From positions 1-58,570 of IMG/VR virus record IMGVR_UViG_3300021139_000016: a DNA stretch of 58,570 nt. The stretch is one strand, 5' to 3'. This DNA is from a virus (Duplodnaviria; Caudoviricetes). The notes beneath the pieces were generated by a model. The model had not been told where the DNA came from. It made no database searches and saw only the letters and a list, made by a program, of their open reading frames with translations. This document shows, in pieces, positions 36,823 to 46,411 of the stretch; within the stretch, counting starts at the first letter, position 1, and each line of letters starts with the position of its first letter. Both the position numbers and the translations under genes were made by a program.

Positions 36823-38253
36823 ATGGAGTATTTTTACGATGGTCAGATAAGACGCTACTTAACACAATTTATGCGTCTAATGAGTAACTTTAGTTACAGC
36901 GACAACAAAGGAAATCTAACAAGAGTACCTGTTCGCTACGGTGACATGAATAGACAAGTTGCTCAGATACTAAACAAAAATAGTGAAAACACTATGCCAA
37001 CTGCGCCTCTTATTGGTTGCTATATTAAAAATCTAGAAGTTGCACGTAACAGATTGCAAGAACCTACTCATATCAGTAAGGTACAAATCAAAGAGCGCGA
37101 TACATGGGTTAACCCGCAAACAGGAATAGAAGAATACATAAACATCGAAGGCGAAAATTACACAGTCGAAAGACTAATGCCTGTTCCATATGATCTAACA
37201 TTCCAAGCAGATATATGGACTACAAACACAGATCAAAAATTACAGTTGATTGAGCAGATGTTAGTATTATTCCGCCCTAGTTTAGAACTACAAACAACTG
37301 ACAACTATCTAGACTGGACCAGTTTAAGTGTTCTCGAATTAACTGAACTAACATTTAGTAGTCGTCAAATACCTCAAGGTACAGAGCAAGATATAGATAT
37401 CGCAACACTACAGTTCTTAACACCAATTTGGTTAACCACTCCTGCCAAAGTTAAGCAGATGGGAATTATTACAAATATTATTACATCTATATTTGTCGAA
37501 CCTGAAGGAACACTAGGTGCTGGTGAATATCATACCTACACAGAAACAGATTTCTTTGGTGGTAGATCACCAACAGCAGTCGATGGGACTACATTAGGTA
37601 ATCTAGGTGTGTTGATCCTAGATGGCACAGCTAAATTGTTAGCGCCTGCAGAAGGTGTATCTAATGATGAAGTTCCTTACAAGTATGGCCTAAACATCAG
37701 TTGGTTAAGAATCCTCGATCAATATCCTGGAAAATTCCAGGCAGGACTTAGCCAGATTAGATTAAAGAAACCATCCGGTACAGAAATTATAGCACGTATT
37801 AGTTTAGATCCTGCAGACGAATCAGTCATGCACCTAGACTTTGATGCTGATACTATACCAGCCGACAGTCAAGTTCCTCCGAACAGTGGCAAAACTTACA
37901 TCGATGCTATCATAGATCCAACAACATTTGATCCAGTTAATCCTGTAGCAGGTATACGCTATTTGATATTAGAAGATATCAATACAGATCCTAAATTAGC
38001 ACAGGCCATATTTGAAGACCAAGCGGCAAAAGCATGGCGCAATACAGATGGAACATATCTACAGGCTCATGCCAACGATATCATTACATGGAGCGGAACA
38101 ACATGGGCTGTTGTTTTCGATTCACAGTCAGTTACTGATCTCACTTACATAACTAACATTAGAACAGGCATACAATATGTATGGGACGGTTCTATGTGGT
38201 CTAAGAGTTTTGAAGGTGAATATAGATCTGGTAATTGGCGATTAATTTTATGA
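36823..38253 (+). CDS. Tail terminator/sheath stabiliser (gp15-like) with C-terminal extension
   Basis: YFYDGQIRRY, VPVRYG, MPVPYDL, QLIEQMLVLFRP. Confidence 0.85.
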   Translation: MEYFYDGQIRRYLTQFMRLMSNFSYSDNKGNLTRVPVRYGDMNRQVAQILNKNSENTMPTAPLIGCYIKNLEVARNRLQEPTHISKVQIKERDTWVNPQTGIEEYINIEGENYTVERLMPVPYDLTFQADIWTTNTDQKLQLIEQMLVLFRPSLELQTTDNYLDWTSLSVLELTELTFSSRQIPQGTEQDIDIATLQFLTPIWLTTPAKVKQMGIITNIITSIFVEPEGTLGAGEYHTYTETDFFGGRSPTAVDGTTLGNLGVLILDGTAKLLAPAEGVSNDEVPYKYGLNISWLRILDQYPGKFQAGLSQIRLKKPSGTEIIARISLDPADESVMHLDFDADTIPADSQVPPNSGKTYIDAIIDPTTFDPVNPVAGIRYLILEDINTDPKLAQAIFEDQAAKAWRNTDGTYLQAHANDIITWSGTTWAVVFDSQSVTDLTYITNIRTGIQYVWDGSMWSKSFEGEYRSGNWRLIL

Positions 38254-38678
38254 ACAATGTAATTTGTAGTGGTGGAATATTTTTCTCAAAAGAGACTCAA
38301 AGGTTCTTGTTTTTGCTCCGTAATCAAGGAAAAACAGCAGGAACTTGGGGAATAGTAGGGGGTAAAAATGAGCCACTGGACACAGCACCCATTAACACTC
38401 TAAAAAGAGAAATCACAGAAGAAGTTGGATTCTTACCAGAGATATGCAAATATGTTCCATTAGAACTGTTTACCAGCAAAGATGAAGGCTTTTATTATCA
38501 CACATATTTGCTGGTAGTCAACGAAGAATTTATTCCTAAACTAAACGAAGAACACGTGGGCTATGCCTGGTGTAATTTAGAACACTGGCCAAAGCCATTA
38601 CACAACGGTGTTCGTGTTACCCTCAATAATAAAATCATCAAGGCTAAGATCGATACTATAATCGATATCTTAGCTTGA
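38250..38678 (+). CDS. Nudix hydrolase
   Basis: WGIVGGKNE...LKREITEEVG Nudix box; ATGA overlap with gp15. Confidence 0.9.
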   Translation: MNNVICSGGIFFSKETQRFLFLLRNQGKTAGTWGIVGGKNEPLDTAPINTLKREITEEVGFLPEICKYVPLELFTSKDEGFYYHTYLLVVNEEFIPKLNEEHVGYAWCNLEHWPKPLHNGVRVTLNNKIIKAKIDTIIDILA

Positions 38679-40364
38679 TTTTCTCACTACTAATAGATAG
38701 AATCCATTCCACCAAGCAGTTAGATCTTCTTGGTCATTCAAAATCACTTTAGAATAAACAACGTCTAAACCTGCGGCTTTGATTCCTGCATCGGTGCCGT
38801 CTACAACACCTTCCCAATTAGCATCATCGACTAAGATAAATGCTTCATCGGCGAGTACTTTAGAAAAATACTTGATAGCCTTAGCTGTAGTATTAGGATC
38901 GTGAGGACCATCATAGAAGAAAAAGTCTACAGGTTCAACTTCTTCTAGATTGACATCAAACATATCAGATTCATAAACGATAACTTTGTTGTCGCCCTTG
39001 AATCGTTTGACATTAGTAATAAAATCTTCTTTGTTGTTAGGCGGCATTTCAAAAATATCATTAGCAGGTTGATATGTATCTTTCCATGTATCAATACAAA
39101 TAACTTCTAATGAATTATCTTTTAGGGCGGCACAAGCAGTTGCACCTAACGCACTTCCTACTTCTAAGTAACGTGTAGAATTTTTCGCTAATTTATTGAT
39201 AAGACTTTCCATCTTCCAGCTTGTTAACCCAGGAACATCAATATTGATCATATCAATTGAGCTACCTAGCACTGCATCAATGGCTTGTTGTATTCTAGGA
39301 GTTAATGGTTCAGTCTTTTTCTTGTTAACAACTTTATCGCAGTATTGACATTCCCAGCAATCAAACTTGCAGTTCTTAATTTTTTCACGCCAAATGTTAA
39401 TAGGCTTTTCAGTAAGATTACCTTCTTCAATGTACTCTTCAAATCCGTCAAATAAGATTTCGTCACCTTCAATAAATCCTGCAACAATGTCTAGTGTTTC
39501 ATTGAATCTTTCAATACTTTCTCTGCCATGCATTTTAAACACATCAACATAGTCAAGCAATTCTACCCAATCTTCTCTCCAAGGAGGTAAGTTTGCAGTT
39601 TTTAATGGAACAGCAGGATCTTCGTGATCCCATTTAGGACAACTTACACGGCTAATGCTGTCATTAAAATATTGAGGACGTGACATATCTCTGCTGTTGT
39701 TAAATTGATAGTGTTCATCCATCATAGGGCATGCACCTAAACAACCTTCATTAGCCAACAAACTAATTGTTACATCTTTACCAAGATGTTCTTTGACCCA
39801 TTCTTTAGCAGTTTTCAATCTTTTGAGAGCATCTCTATCACGCATTAGATCTCGGTCAATACAAACATAATCAAATCCTGCTTTGGCATGCGCTACAAAT
39901 TCTGCAGGAGTGCGTACATTTCTTAAGATTGTGTTTTTAACATACAGTTCTGGGTAACGTGCTTGTATCTGTCCTGTACTCATCCAATGTATATGTGGTA
40001 AAATAACAGAACGGATTCCAGCATCATACAAGGGCTGAAAATGTTCTAACCATATATCGAGATTTTTTTGTGTAGGAGCTACATCGATGTTGTTGAATGT
40101 AGCGCAAAGATTGATGCCGGTCTCCCGGTGAAGGTTGAACGCGGCATCTATTACAGAGAAAGCATCTTGTTGAGAGACAAAAATATCTCCCATTGCATCT
40201 TGATTGAACGGAGGAATTCTTGATGTAAAATACACATCAAAAATAAAGTCCTTATAGTACTTACAAAACTCTAAAAAATTAAAGTATTGTTGTTCCGTTA
40301 ATTTTGGGTTGATCGGTAAGCTGAATATTTTTTGCGTCGTCGCAGATATCTGGGATTCTTTCAT
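38670..40364 (-). CDS. U32-family (Fe-S hydroxylase-like) domain fused to a class I SAM methyltransferase
   Basis: N-domain LLANEGCLGACP, SCPKW, FKMHGRE, CKFDCWECQYC; C-domain YLEVGSALG, CIDTW, FFYDGPH, LVDDANW. Confidence 0.75.
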   Translation of the reverse strand: MKESQISATTQKIFSLPINPKLTEQQYFNFLEFCKYYKDFIFDVYFTSRIPPFNQDAMGDIFVSQQDAFSVIDAAFNLHRETGINLCATFNNIDVAPTQKNLDIWLEHFQPLYDAGIRSVILPHIHWMSTGQIQARYPELYVKNTILRNVRTPAEFVAHAKAGFDYVCIDRDLMRDRDALKRLKTAKEWVKEHLGKDVTISLLANEGCLGACPMMDEHYQFNNSRDMSRPQYFNDSISRVSCPKWDHEDPAVPLKTANLPPWREDWVELLDYVDVFKMHGRESIERFNETLDIVAGFIEGDEILFDGFEEYIEEGNLTEKPINIWREKIKNCKFDCWECQYCDKVVNKKKTEPLTPRIQQAIDAVLGSSIDMINIDVPGLTSWKMESLINKLAKNSTRYLEVGSALGATACAALKDNSLEVICIDTWKDTYQPANDIFEMPPNNKEDFITNVKRFKGDNKVIVYESDMFDVNLEEVEPVDFFFYDGPHDPNTTAKAIKYFSKVLADEAFILVDDANWEGVVDGTDAGIKAAGLDVVYSKVILNDQEDLTAWWNGFYLLVVRKSS

Positions 40365-41115
40365 CTCTACTCTCTAATAATTTATCGACAGCACCTTGTG
40401 CTCCTAGCGATATATTATGTATCCCTGCTTGGACTAGGCCTGCATACTTTGTGGCCATTTGTAAAGCTTCGATTTGATCTGTTTCAGGCATCATAGCGAT
40501 ACTATCCATGTTACCATGGCCAACACGACCATAGCTGATAATATCCATTGCGGCCTGCTTACCCATACGTGCGATCCAATACTTGCGTTCTTCTTCTGCA
40601 TTTTCTTCAGCAAACCATTCTAGGTCTTCTTCAGTTTTTGCATAGTATTTTACGATTTCTAAAAACGCATTGATTTCACGTTCTGCTTGTAGCATCTTAC
40701 GTTTCCAAATAGTAATATCGTAATCATTCTTATCGATATCTACTTGTAACATTTCTTTAGCGATCTCATCAACTGCTTCTGCTTGATCTCTCAACCATTT
40801 TTTACGAAGCAATTCTGCTTTTCGCAAGCTGGCTTTAATTTCTTGATGAGCGTGATAGCGTGTTTCAAGTTCCATATATGCTTGGCGAACTTGACGCCAT
40901 GGTGTCAGCTGACTTCTTGCTACGAAGTTTTGACATTGATATGCGGTCATACCCATATTAGAGTGGATCGCATAAGTCATGATTTCTTTATCGAAATCAT
41001 CCATACCGTAGCGTGTTAAGAAATCGTCATCAACTTTGATTTCGTTTACATCTGACGCTACGATATTTTCTAGGTCTTTTATATATTTGTTTGTTTTGTT
41101 AGAATTGGAATCCAT
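40279..41115 (-). CDS. Coiled-coil hypothetical protein
   Basis: 278 aa, long amphipathic helices, EEERKYWIARMGKQAAMD motif. Confidence 0.7.
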   Translation of the reverse strand: MDSNSNKTNKYIKDLENIVASDVNEIKVDDDFLTRYGMDDFDKEIMTYAIHSNMGMTAYQCQNFVARSQLTPWRQVRQAYMELETRYHAHQEIKASLRKAELLRKKWLRDQAEAVDEIAKEMLQVDIDKNDYDITIWKRKMLQAEREINAFLEIVKYYAKTEEDLEWFAEENAEEERKYWIARMGKQAAMDIISYGRVGHGNMDSIAMMPETDQIEALQMATKYAGLVQAGIHNISLGAQGAVDKLLESRDERIPDICDDAKNIQLTDQPKINGTTIL

Positions 41116-42052
41116 ATGGCACCGGTGTTTTTCTTGTTAAACTATCGGGTCCTTCTGTCAATCCCATTGCTTGTGCTTGCAAACCTGGAATAGCTAACCC
41201 GAAGTACCTTTCGTACTGGATATTTATATCCCACACATTTTGGCATGCTTGGAAATCGGCTAAGATTTTCTGTTGCTGTACCAATAGATCTGCAACTTGT
41301 TTTTCAAACGCTTTGGCCTTTGCTACTATGCTGTTAGCCAATTCGGTTTTATCACGACCATGCGATGTTGCTAGGTAATCTAAGAAATCAGTATCGCCCG
41401 GTTGAGCTTGACCTGATAACCATAGCTTTGCTTCATCTTTCTGTATATCCCAAGTTTCCTGTTCTAGGCGTCCGCTTGGAGCCATAGATAAGAATCTACG
41501 TTCAAATTCATCTTCGATCACTTCTTTCGCAAACAAATACATAAAGTCACGTACTTCTTGTACGATATCATCTGTAAGTGCTACAGGAATCTTTACACCT
41601 GCTGGTAAATTTTGGCTAGGTGTAATACCGTCGACCGGATTGATTTTTGACATGATCGAATCGTCAGTATTAGATACCCAAACTTTGGCCGCCGCACGAT
41701 AGTCAGCAAAGAATTGCTTACCGTTAATCGCCATTGACTCAGTAATGAATGTGATTTTTTCTCTTGGCCATGTATAGCAAAGTGTATCGTAAAGATTCTT
41801 GCTCATTGCTACACATTGTACATTGAATAAACTGTACAATTCTTCGCAATACATCGCAGGATCTTGGTGACTGCTGTCAAATACTGATTGATCTAACACA
41901 TGATCACCAACAATCATAAAAAGTGTTGATGTATTGATAAATGGGTTGATATCGTAAGCAGGATCTCCGCCACCTAGAATAGGAGGAAGAGCTTCTACGT
42001 TCTTTACTACAGATACGTCCCAGTAGTCTACTGAATATGTTGATGTTGTCAT
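41099..42052 (-). CDS. Protein with C-terminal fibre-assembly/chaperone-like domain
   Basis: EQETWDIQKDEA...FLDYLATSHG...LANSIVAKAKAF pattern seen in proteins following phage fibre genes. Confidence 0.55.
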   Translation of the reverse strand: MTTSTYSVDYWDVSVVKNVEALPPILGGGDPAYDINPFINTSTLFMIVGDHVLDQSVFDSSHQDPAMYCEELYSLFNVQCVAMSKNLYDTLCYTWPREKITFITESMAINGKQFFADYRAAAKVWVSNTDDSIMSKINPVDGITPSQNLPAGVKIPVALTDDIVQEVRDFMYLFAKEVIEDEFERRFLSMAPSGRLEQETWDIQKDEAKLWLSGQAQPGDTDFLDYLATSHGRDKTELANSIVAKAKAFEKQVADLLVQQQKILADFQACQNVWDINIQYERYFGLAIPGLQAQAMGLTEGPDSLTRKTPVPYGFQF

Positions 42053-42055
42053 TGA

Positions 42056-43177
42056 TTAAACTCCTGGACGTCCTGAACTTGCTACTGTTGCGGCCGCGCT
42101 ACATGCGTGTCCTGAACTTGCGCCGTAGTGACCTTTGTTACGTGTAGCCGCTTGCATACGTGTTTGTGCGTTGTTATTATAAGTTGTCTTATCGCACTTG
42201 TTATTTTGTTGGCCGTCATAGTTACCAGTCATGTAACCCCAGTCTTGACCTGCCATCATAACGTCCTCACCATATGCTGAAATTTGTGAGAATGTTGTGA
42301 TACTGTTACCGTTAGTTTCGTTAAACACAACACGACCTTGTTGTACGTTGTTACCTGTACCAACATAGTGCCATCCGTATTTAGAACTTAAGAATTTCAT
42401 AAACCCGTCTGGTGTAAACTGTGTTGGGCTTCCAAACCAGCTGTCGTTGGAGTGTGTAATACCACTTGAACCGCCACCAATTGAGAACCAAGAAATTTCT
42501 TGGCCACCACAACCTGAAGTAGGACCACCTCCGCGGTTGTTACCGTTAGTTGTGTACATAACTTCTGTAGGCATGTGCATTTTTTCTGTAGAGCTTGGGC
42601 CGCCGCCTGTTGCGTATCCATATTGATATGTCATAGCACTTGCCGCACCGTGAGCACGACGAGCTACTGACATGTCCCATCCACCAACTGTTCCGTAACC
42701 CATAACTGACTGAGGATCGTCACCTGAGTAACCAAAAGAGTAAGGACTAAATGTACCACCTGTTTTACTGCGGTTAATACCTGTGTATAAGTTGTAGCTG
42801 TCGGTGTGTTGTGAAGCGCCACCAAATCCGTTGTTTGTTCCTAGCGAATAACCGTTGTAATCTGAGAAGAAACCATCCATGTAATCGCCCGTGTACATCA
42901 ACTGCTCACCGCAATAGTAGGTGATATCAGTTGAATGCCATGTCTTGTTCAAGGCACGCCATGCATTTGAACCCTTGTAACCTGCAGAACTAAATCCGTG
43001 TGTATAAATGCTACGATATCTGTAGCCTGATTGTGGGTTTCCTGATGGGCTACCTGGATATGTCCAGAACGCTACGGAACCGTCAGTAACTAATGTTGCG
43101 CCGCGGCAGTATGAGTCCGCGCTAGGTAGCGGATAAATGCCCGGAATAATGTTAGTGTTACCAATGTATAATGCCAT
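42056..43177 (-). CDS. Gly/Ser/Tyr-rich repeat protein, probable beta-propeller virion component
   Basis: Recurrent GY/F-x-x-G units at irregular ~40-70 aa spacing; TAAATA at 43200-43205 and GAGGA RBS. Confidence 0.6.
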   Translation of the reverse strand: MALYIGNTNIIPGIYPLPSADSYCRGATLVTDGSVAFWTYPGSPSGNPQSGYRYRSIYTHGFSSAGYKGSNAWRALNKTWHSTDITYYCGEQLMYTGDYMDGFFSDYNGYSLGTNNGFGGASQHTDSYNLYTGINRSKTGGTFSPYSFGYSGDDPQSVMGYGTVGGWDMSVARRAHGAASAMTYQYGYATGGGPSSTEKMHMPTEVMYTTNGNNRGGGPTSGCGGQEISWFSIGGGSSGITHSNDSWFGSPTQFTPDGFMKFLSSKYGWHYVGTGNNVQQGRVVFNETNGNSITTFSQISAYGEDVMMAGQDWGYMTGNYDGQQNNKCDKTTYNNNAQTRMQAATRNKGHYGASSGHACSAAATVASSGRPGV

Positions 43178-43202
43178 GTTAGTTTCCTCTTGTTGCTATT
43201 AT

Positions 43203-45719
43203 TTATTTGAGTAGCTTTGCTACCAATGCTTTTAGTTCCGCTACTTCTTGTTTTAGTGCGGCAATTTCGTCTGAATGTTCGTTGTGACCTGCAATTACTA
43301 ACGGTACTAATTTTTCGTACTGTACAGTTAGATAATTTTCACCTGTTTTGCTGTTTCCTTCTGCATCTACGTCAAAAGGAGCAGGGCCTGTAGCTTCTGG
43401 TTGTACTGCTTGCACTTGTGCCGCGTTCAAACCAACTTGTACTCTAGTAGATTTTTGTCCTAAACTGATAGCAAGTTCGTTGTTTACGTAGGTAAATGTA
43501 TCAAGTGTTCTTAGTTTAGCACTTGCGCCAGTTACAGGAGCAAGAACTGTTTTTAATCTAATATCAGAAGTATTAGTGTACAAGTCGCCTGTTACATATA
43601 ACACACCGTTGACCTGCATCGCGCCTGTACCGTTAGTCTGGAACAAGTTGTTACCTGAACGATACATGTAAATTTCGCCAGTTTGGTAACCGCGAATATA
43701 TGATCCAGCACCATAGTTATAAGATCCAAAGAATAGTGATCCACCAGTAGTAATGTTAATATCGCCAGACCCTGCTACAGTTAAGCAGACGCCAGCACCG
43801 TTAGCGGCTGAGTTATTGTTTACAGTTAATGCACCGCTTGTTTGACCTGTAATAGTATGTGTATATCCAGTTGCGCTAATTGCAAACTGTCCAGATCCAG
43901 CAATACCTGTAAAGTTACCTGAATAGGCAGTAACACCAGAACCAATTGGTCCCTGAAATGTTGAGCTGGCTATGTGGACTGCGGCAGATAATGTACCACT
44001 GCTAGGATTATAAGTTAAGTGAGATGAGTCAACATATTCGTTTGTTACTGCACCACTTACTGAGTTAGTAAACAAAGGATAGTAAGTCGCGTTTGTTGTA
44101 ATATTGGAAACAGTAACACCAGTTTGTGCCCAAGCAAGACCGGTACCAGTTGATGTTAGAGCGTATCCCGAAGTACCTGAAGAGCCACCAATATACAATG
44201 CACCACCTAAGGTAAGACCTGCTGATATACTTGCACCGCCTGTAATAGCTAATGTGCCAACACCTGTTGTACCGTTTGCCGCAGTACCTGCAGTCATCGA
44301 CCAGTTACCGGATCCATCGCTTTGTAAACGGATGTTACCTGCACCGTCTGAAATAAGGATACCGTTGTTTACCGCAGTACCACCACTGGCTCCGCCAAGT
44401 ATGACTACGTTCTGTGCAGATGCTGATAATGAAGATCCAGCACCATAGCCAACTAAAGTATTACTAAATCCGTTAGTTAATGGGTTACCTGCGTTATAAC
44501 CAATCAGCGTATTCTGATATCCGCCGACCATCTGGAAACCTGCTTGGTAACCAATAGCAGTATTACTGTAGAAACCGCCGTTACCTGTACCCAATGCGCG
44601 ATAGCCGATAGCTACGTTGTTGGTTAAGCCGCTATTGTTAGCGGTATACATAGCTTGATAACCGATAGCTACGTTGTTACCGCCGGTAGCAGTTTGTGAC
44701 AACAATGCCTGATAACCAATTGCTGTATTACCTGCTGAACTTGTTAGTGCGTTACCTGCATAGTAACCAATTAAAGCATTAGTACCACCAGTTAATAAGT
44801 TAGCACCTGCGGCAGTACCAATTACCAAGTTAGTTGAAATACTTGATTGTCCAGTACCGACACGTACACCGCTGATGAACGCATCGCCGGCCGTAACAAT
44901 GCTACCACCTGCAGATATGCCGCCTAGTGTAACAATAGCACCGGTTCCTGTAGAAGCAACACCGGATGCTAATGTAATCGCGGTGCTCTGTGGAACTGAA
45001 ATACCCGTAGCTGAAACAGTTAATCCGTTTAGCTGAGTTGCAATAGCACCAGATGATTGACTGGCGCTTGAAACTAAAAATTGTAAGTTACCTGAATTTA
45101 ATTGTACTTGGGCATTGTAGCCAGTTCCCATTACATAAGTAGTACCAGCATTATTATAGCTGTTGATGCCAATACCCATTGGGTACGTACTTGCACCAAC
45201 CTGAAGTGAAATTCCAGTTAAGTTAGTTGAGTTGTATAGGTAAGCCGCAACGTTAGTAGTTGTGTTAACGTTAAGACCGTATGTTGCTTGTGATCCGCCA
45301 ATTGCTAAGTTTGCGCTTAGTGCAAATGATCCGCCAATATTTAAGTTTCCAGATATACCCAATCCGCCCGCAACTACTAACGAACCAGTACCAGTTGTAG
45401 TACTTTGTGTAGGTGCTGTATAAGATCCAACGTAGGTTACACCTTGATAAGGTGCTATCTGAATTTGACCGCTTGCTTGTACTATTAAACTTGGAATACC
45501 GCTGGCATCGTTAACGGTATAAATGTTACCGGCCATACTATCAATAACACTTTGTAACTGTCCTGATAGACCTTCCCATGCTTGTGCCCCCGTGTCTAGA
45601 ACACGGATATAGGTCGTACCAGAACTTGTTGCACTACCGCCCTGGAAGGCTATGATAGGTTCCTGTGCGCTATTACCTATGTTTGGCGTTATTAAAATGT
45701 TACGATTGGTATATGCCAT
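43203..45719 (-). CDS. Tail fibre with beta-roll repeats and S74 intramolecular chaperone
   Basis: N-x-AIGYQA repeats; TSDIRLK cleavage motif; TVQYEKLVPL and terminal coiled coil. Confidence 0.88.
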   Translation of the reverse strand: MAYTNRNILITPNIGNSAQEPIIAFQGGSATSSGTTYIRVLDTGAQAWEGLSGQLQSVIDSMAGNIYTVNDASGIPSLIVQASGQIQIAPYQGVTYVGSYTAPTQSTTTGTGSLVVAGGLGISGNLNIGGSFALSANLAIGGSQATYGLNVNTTTNVAAYLYNSTNLTGISLQVGASTYPMGIGINSYNNAGTTYVMGTGYNAQVQLNSGNLQFLVSSASQSSGAIATQLNGLTVSATGISVPQSTAITLASGVASTGTGAIVTLGGISAGGSIVTAGDAFISGVRVGTGQSSISTNLVIGTAAGANLLTGGTNALIGYYAGNALTSSAGNTAIGYQALLSQTATGGNNVAIGYQAMYTANNSGLTNNVAIGYRALGTGNGGFYSNTAIGYQAGFQMVGGYQNTLIGYNAGNPLTNGFSNTLVGYGAGSSLSASAQNVVILGGASGGTAVNNGILISDGAGNIRLQSDGSGNWSMTAGTAANGTTGVGTLAITGGASISAGLTLGGALYIGGSSGTSGYALTSTGTGLAWAQTGVTVSNITTNATYYPLFTNSVSGAVTNEYVDSSHLTYNPSSGTLSAAVHIASSTFQGPIGSGVTAYSGNFTGIAGSGQFAISATGYTHTITGQTSGALTVNNNSAANGAGVCLTVAGSGDINITTGGSLFFGSYNYGAGSYIRGYQTGEIYMYRSGNNLFQTNGTGAMQVNGVLYVTGDLYTNTSDIRLKTVLAPVTGASAKLRTLDTFTYVNNELAISLGQKSTRVQVGLNAAQVQAVQPEATGPAPFDVDAEGNSKTGENYLTVQYEKLVPLVIAGHNEHSDEIAALKQEVAELKALVAKLLK

Positions 45720-45754
45720 CTCTTATTCCGTTTGTTCCTATATTTATTGGTCTA

Positions 45755-46411
45755 TTACAGTCCAAAATATGAGCGATATGCTTGAAAAACTGATCTTACT
45801 TCGCTGTCACTTAATACTCTGTTATAAAATAATGTTGGTCCTATCTGTCCGTTAGGAGGTCCACTATAAAATAACTGTATTGATGCGTTGTTTGATGCTG
45901 AACCTGCTTGCGTTGCTTGATTGTCTAAGACGCCGTTATAGTAAATCTTAGCGGTCGCTGTTCCGCCAGGTGTTCCAGTTCCGCTAAATGTTCCTGCCCA
46001 AGAATGCCATTGGTTCAATGGTACTGTTGTATTTGATTGTAGCGTAGTAACTGGGCTCAAATAAGTGCCCCATAACATGTTGTTACCGTTACCCATATAC
46101 ATATAAGCTGTGTTAGATCCAGAAGTATAACCAAATGTACCACCTGCCTTTGAAGTCAAGTTCATGAACTGTATAACACTATAACCAGAACTCAATGAAA
46201 GGTTGTAGTTATTGTTTGAAGTAATGGTATAGCTGGCATTAGGAGTGAAATAGTTTCCACTCCATGCGCTTGCACTACTTAATGTCAATGCACTATTATC
46301 AATTTGATTATACGCAGTAGTACCTGTTCCTGGATAACATTTTGTGTTACGAGGATCGGCCATGTAGACCAATCCCGATAACGGTACATACGGTCCAATA
46401 TTAATTGCCAT
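45755..46411 (-). CDS. LamG/concanavalin-A-like lectin-fold virion protein
   Basis: GLVYMADP...YPGTGT; NQWHSWAGTF, KIYYNGVL, YNRVLSDSEV. Confidence 0.8.
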   Translation of the reverse strand: MAINIGPYVPLSGLVYMADPRNTKCYPGTGTTAYNQIDNSALTLSSASAWSGNYFTPNASYTITSNNNYNLSLSSGYSVIQFMNLTSKAGGTFGYTSGSNTAYMYMGNGNNMLWGTYLSPVTTLQSNTTVPLNQWHSWAGTFSGTGTPGGTATAKIYYNGVLDNQATQAGSASNNASIQLFYSGPPNGQIGPTLFYNRVLSDSEVRSVFQAYRSYFGL

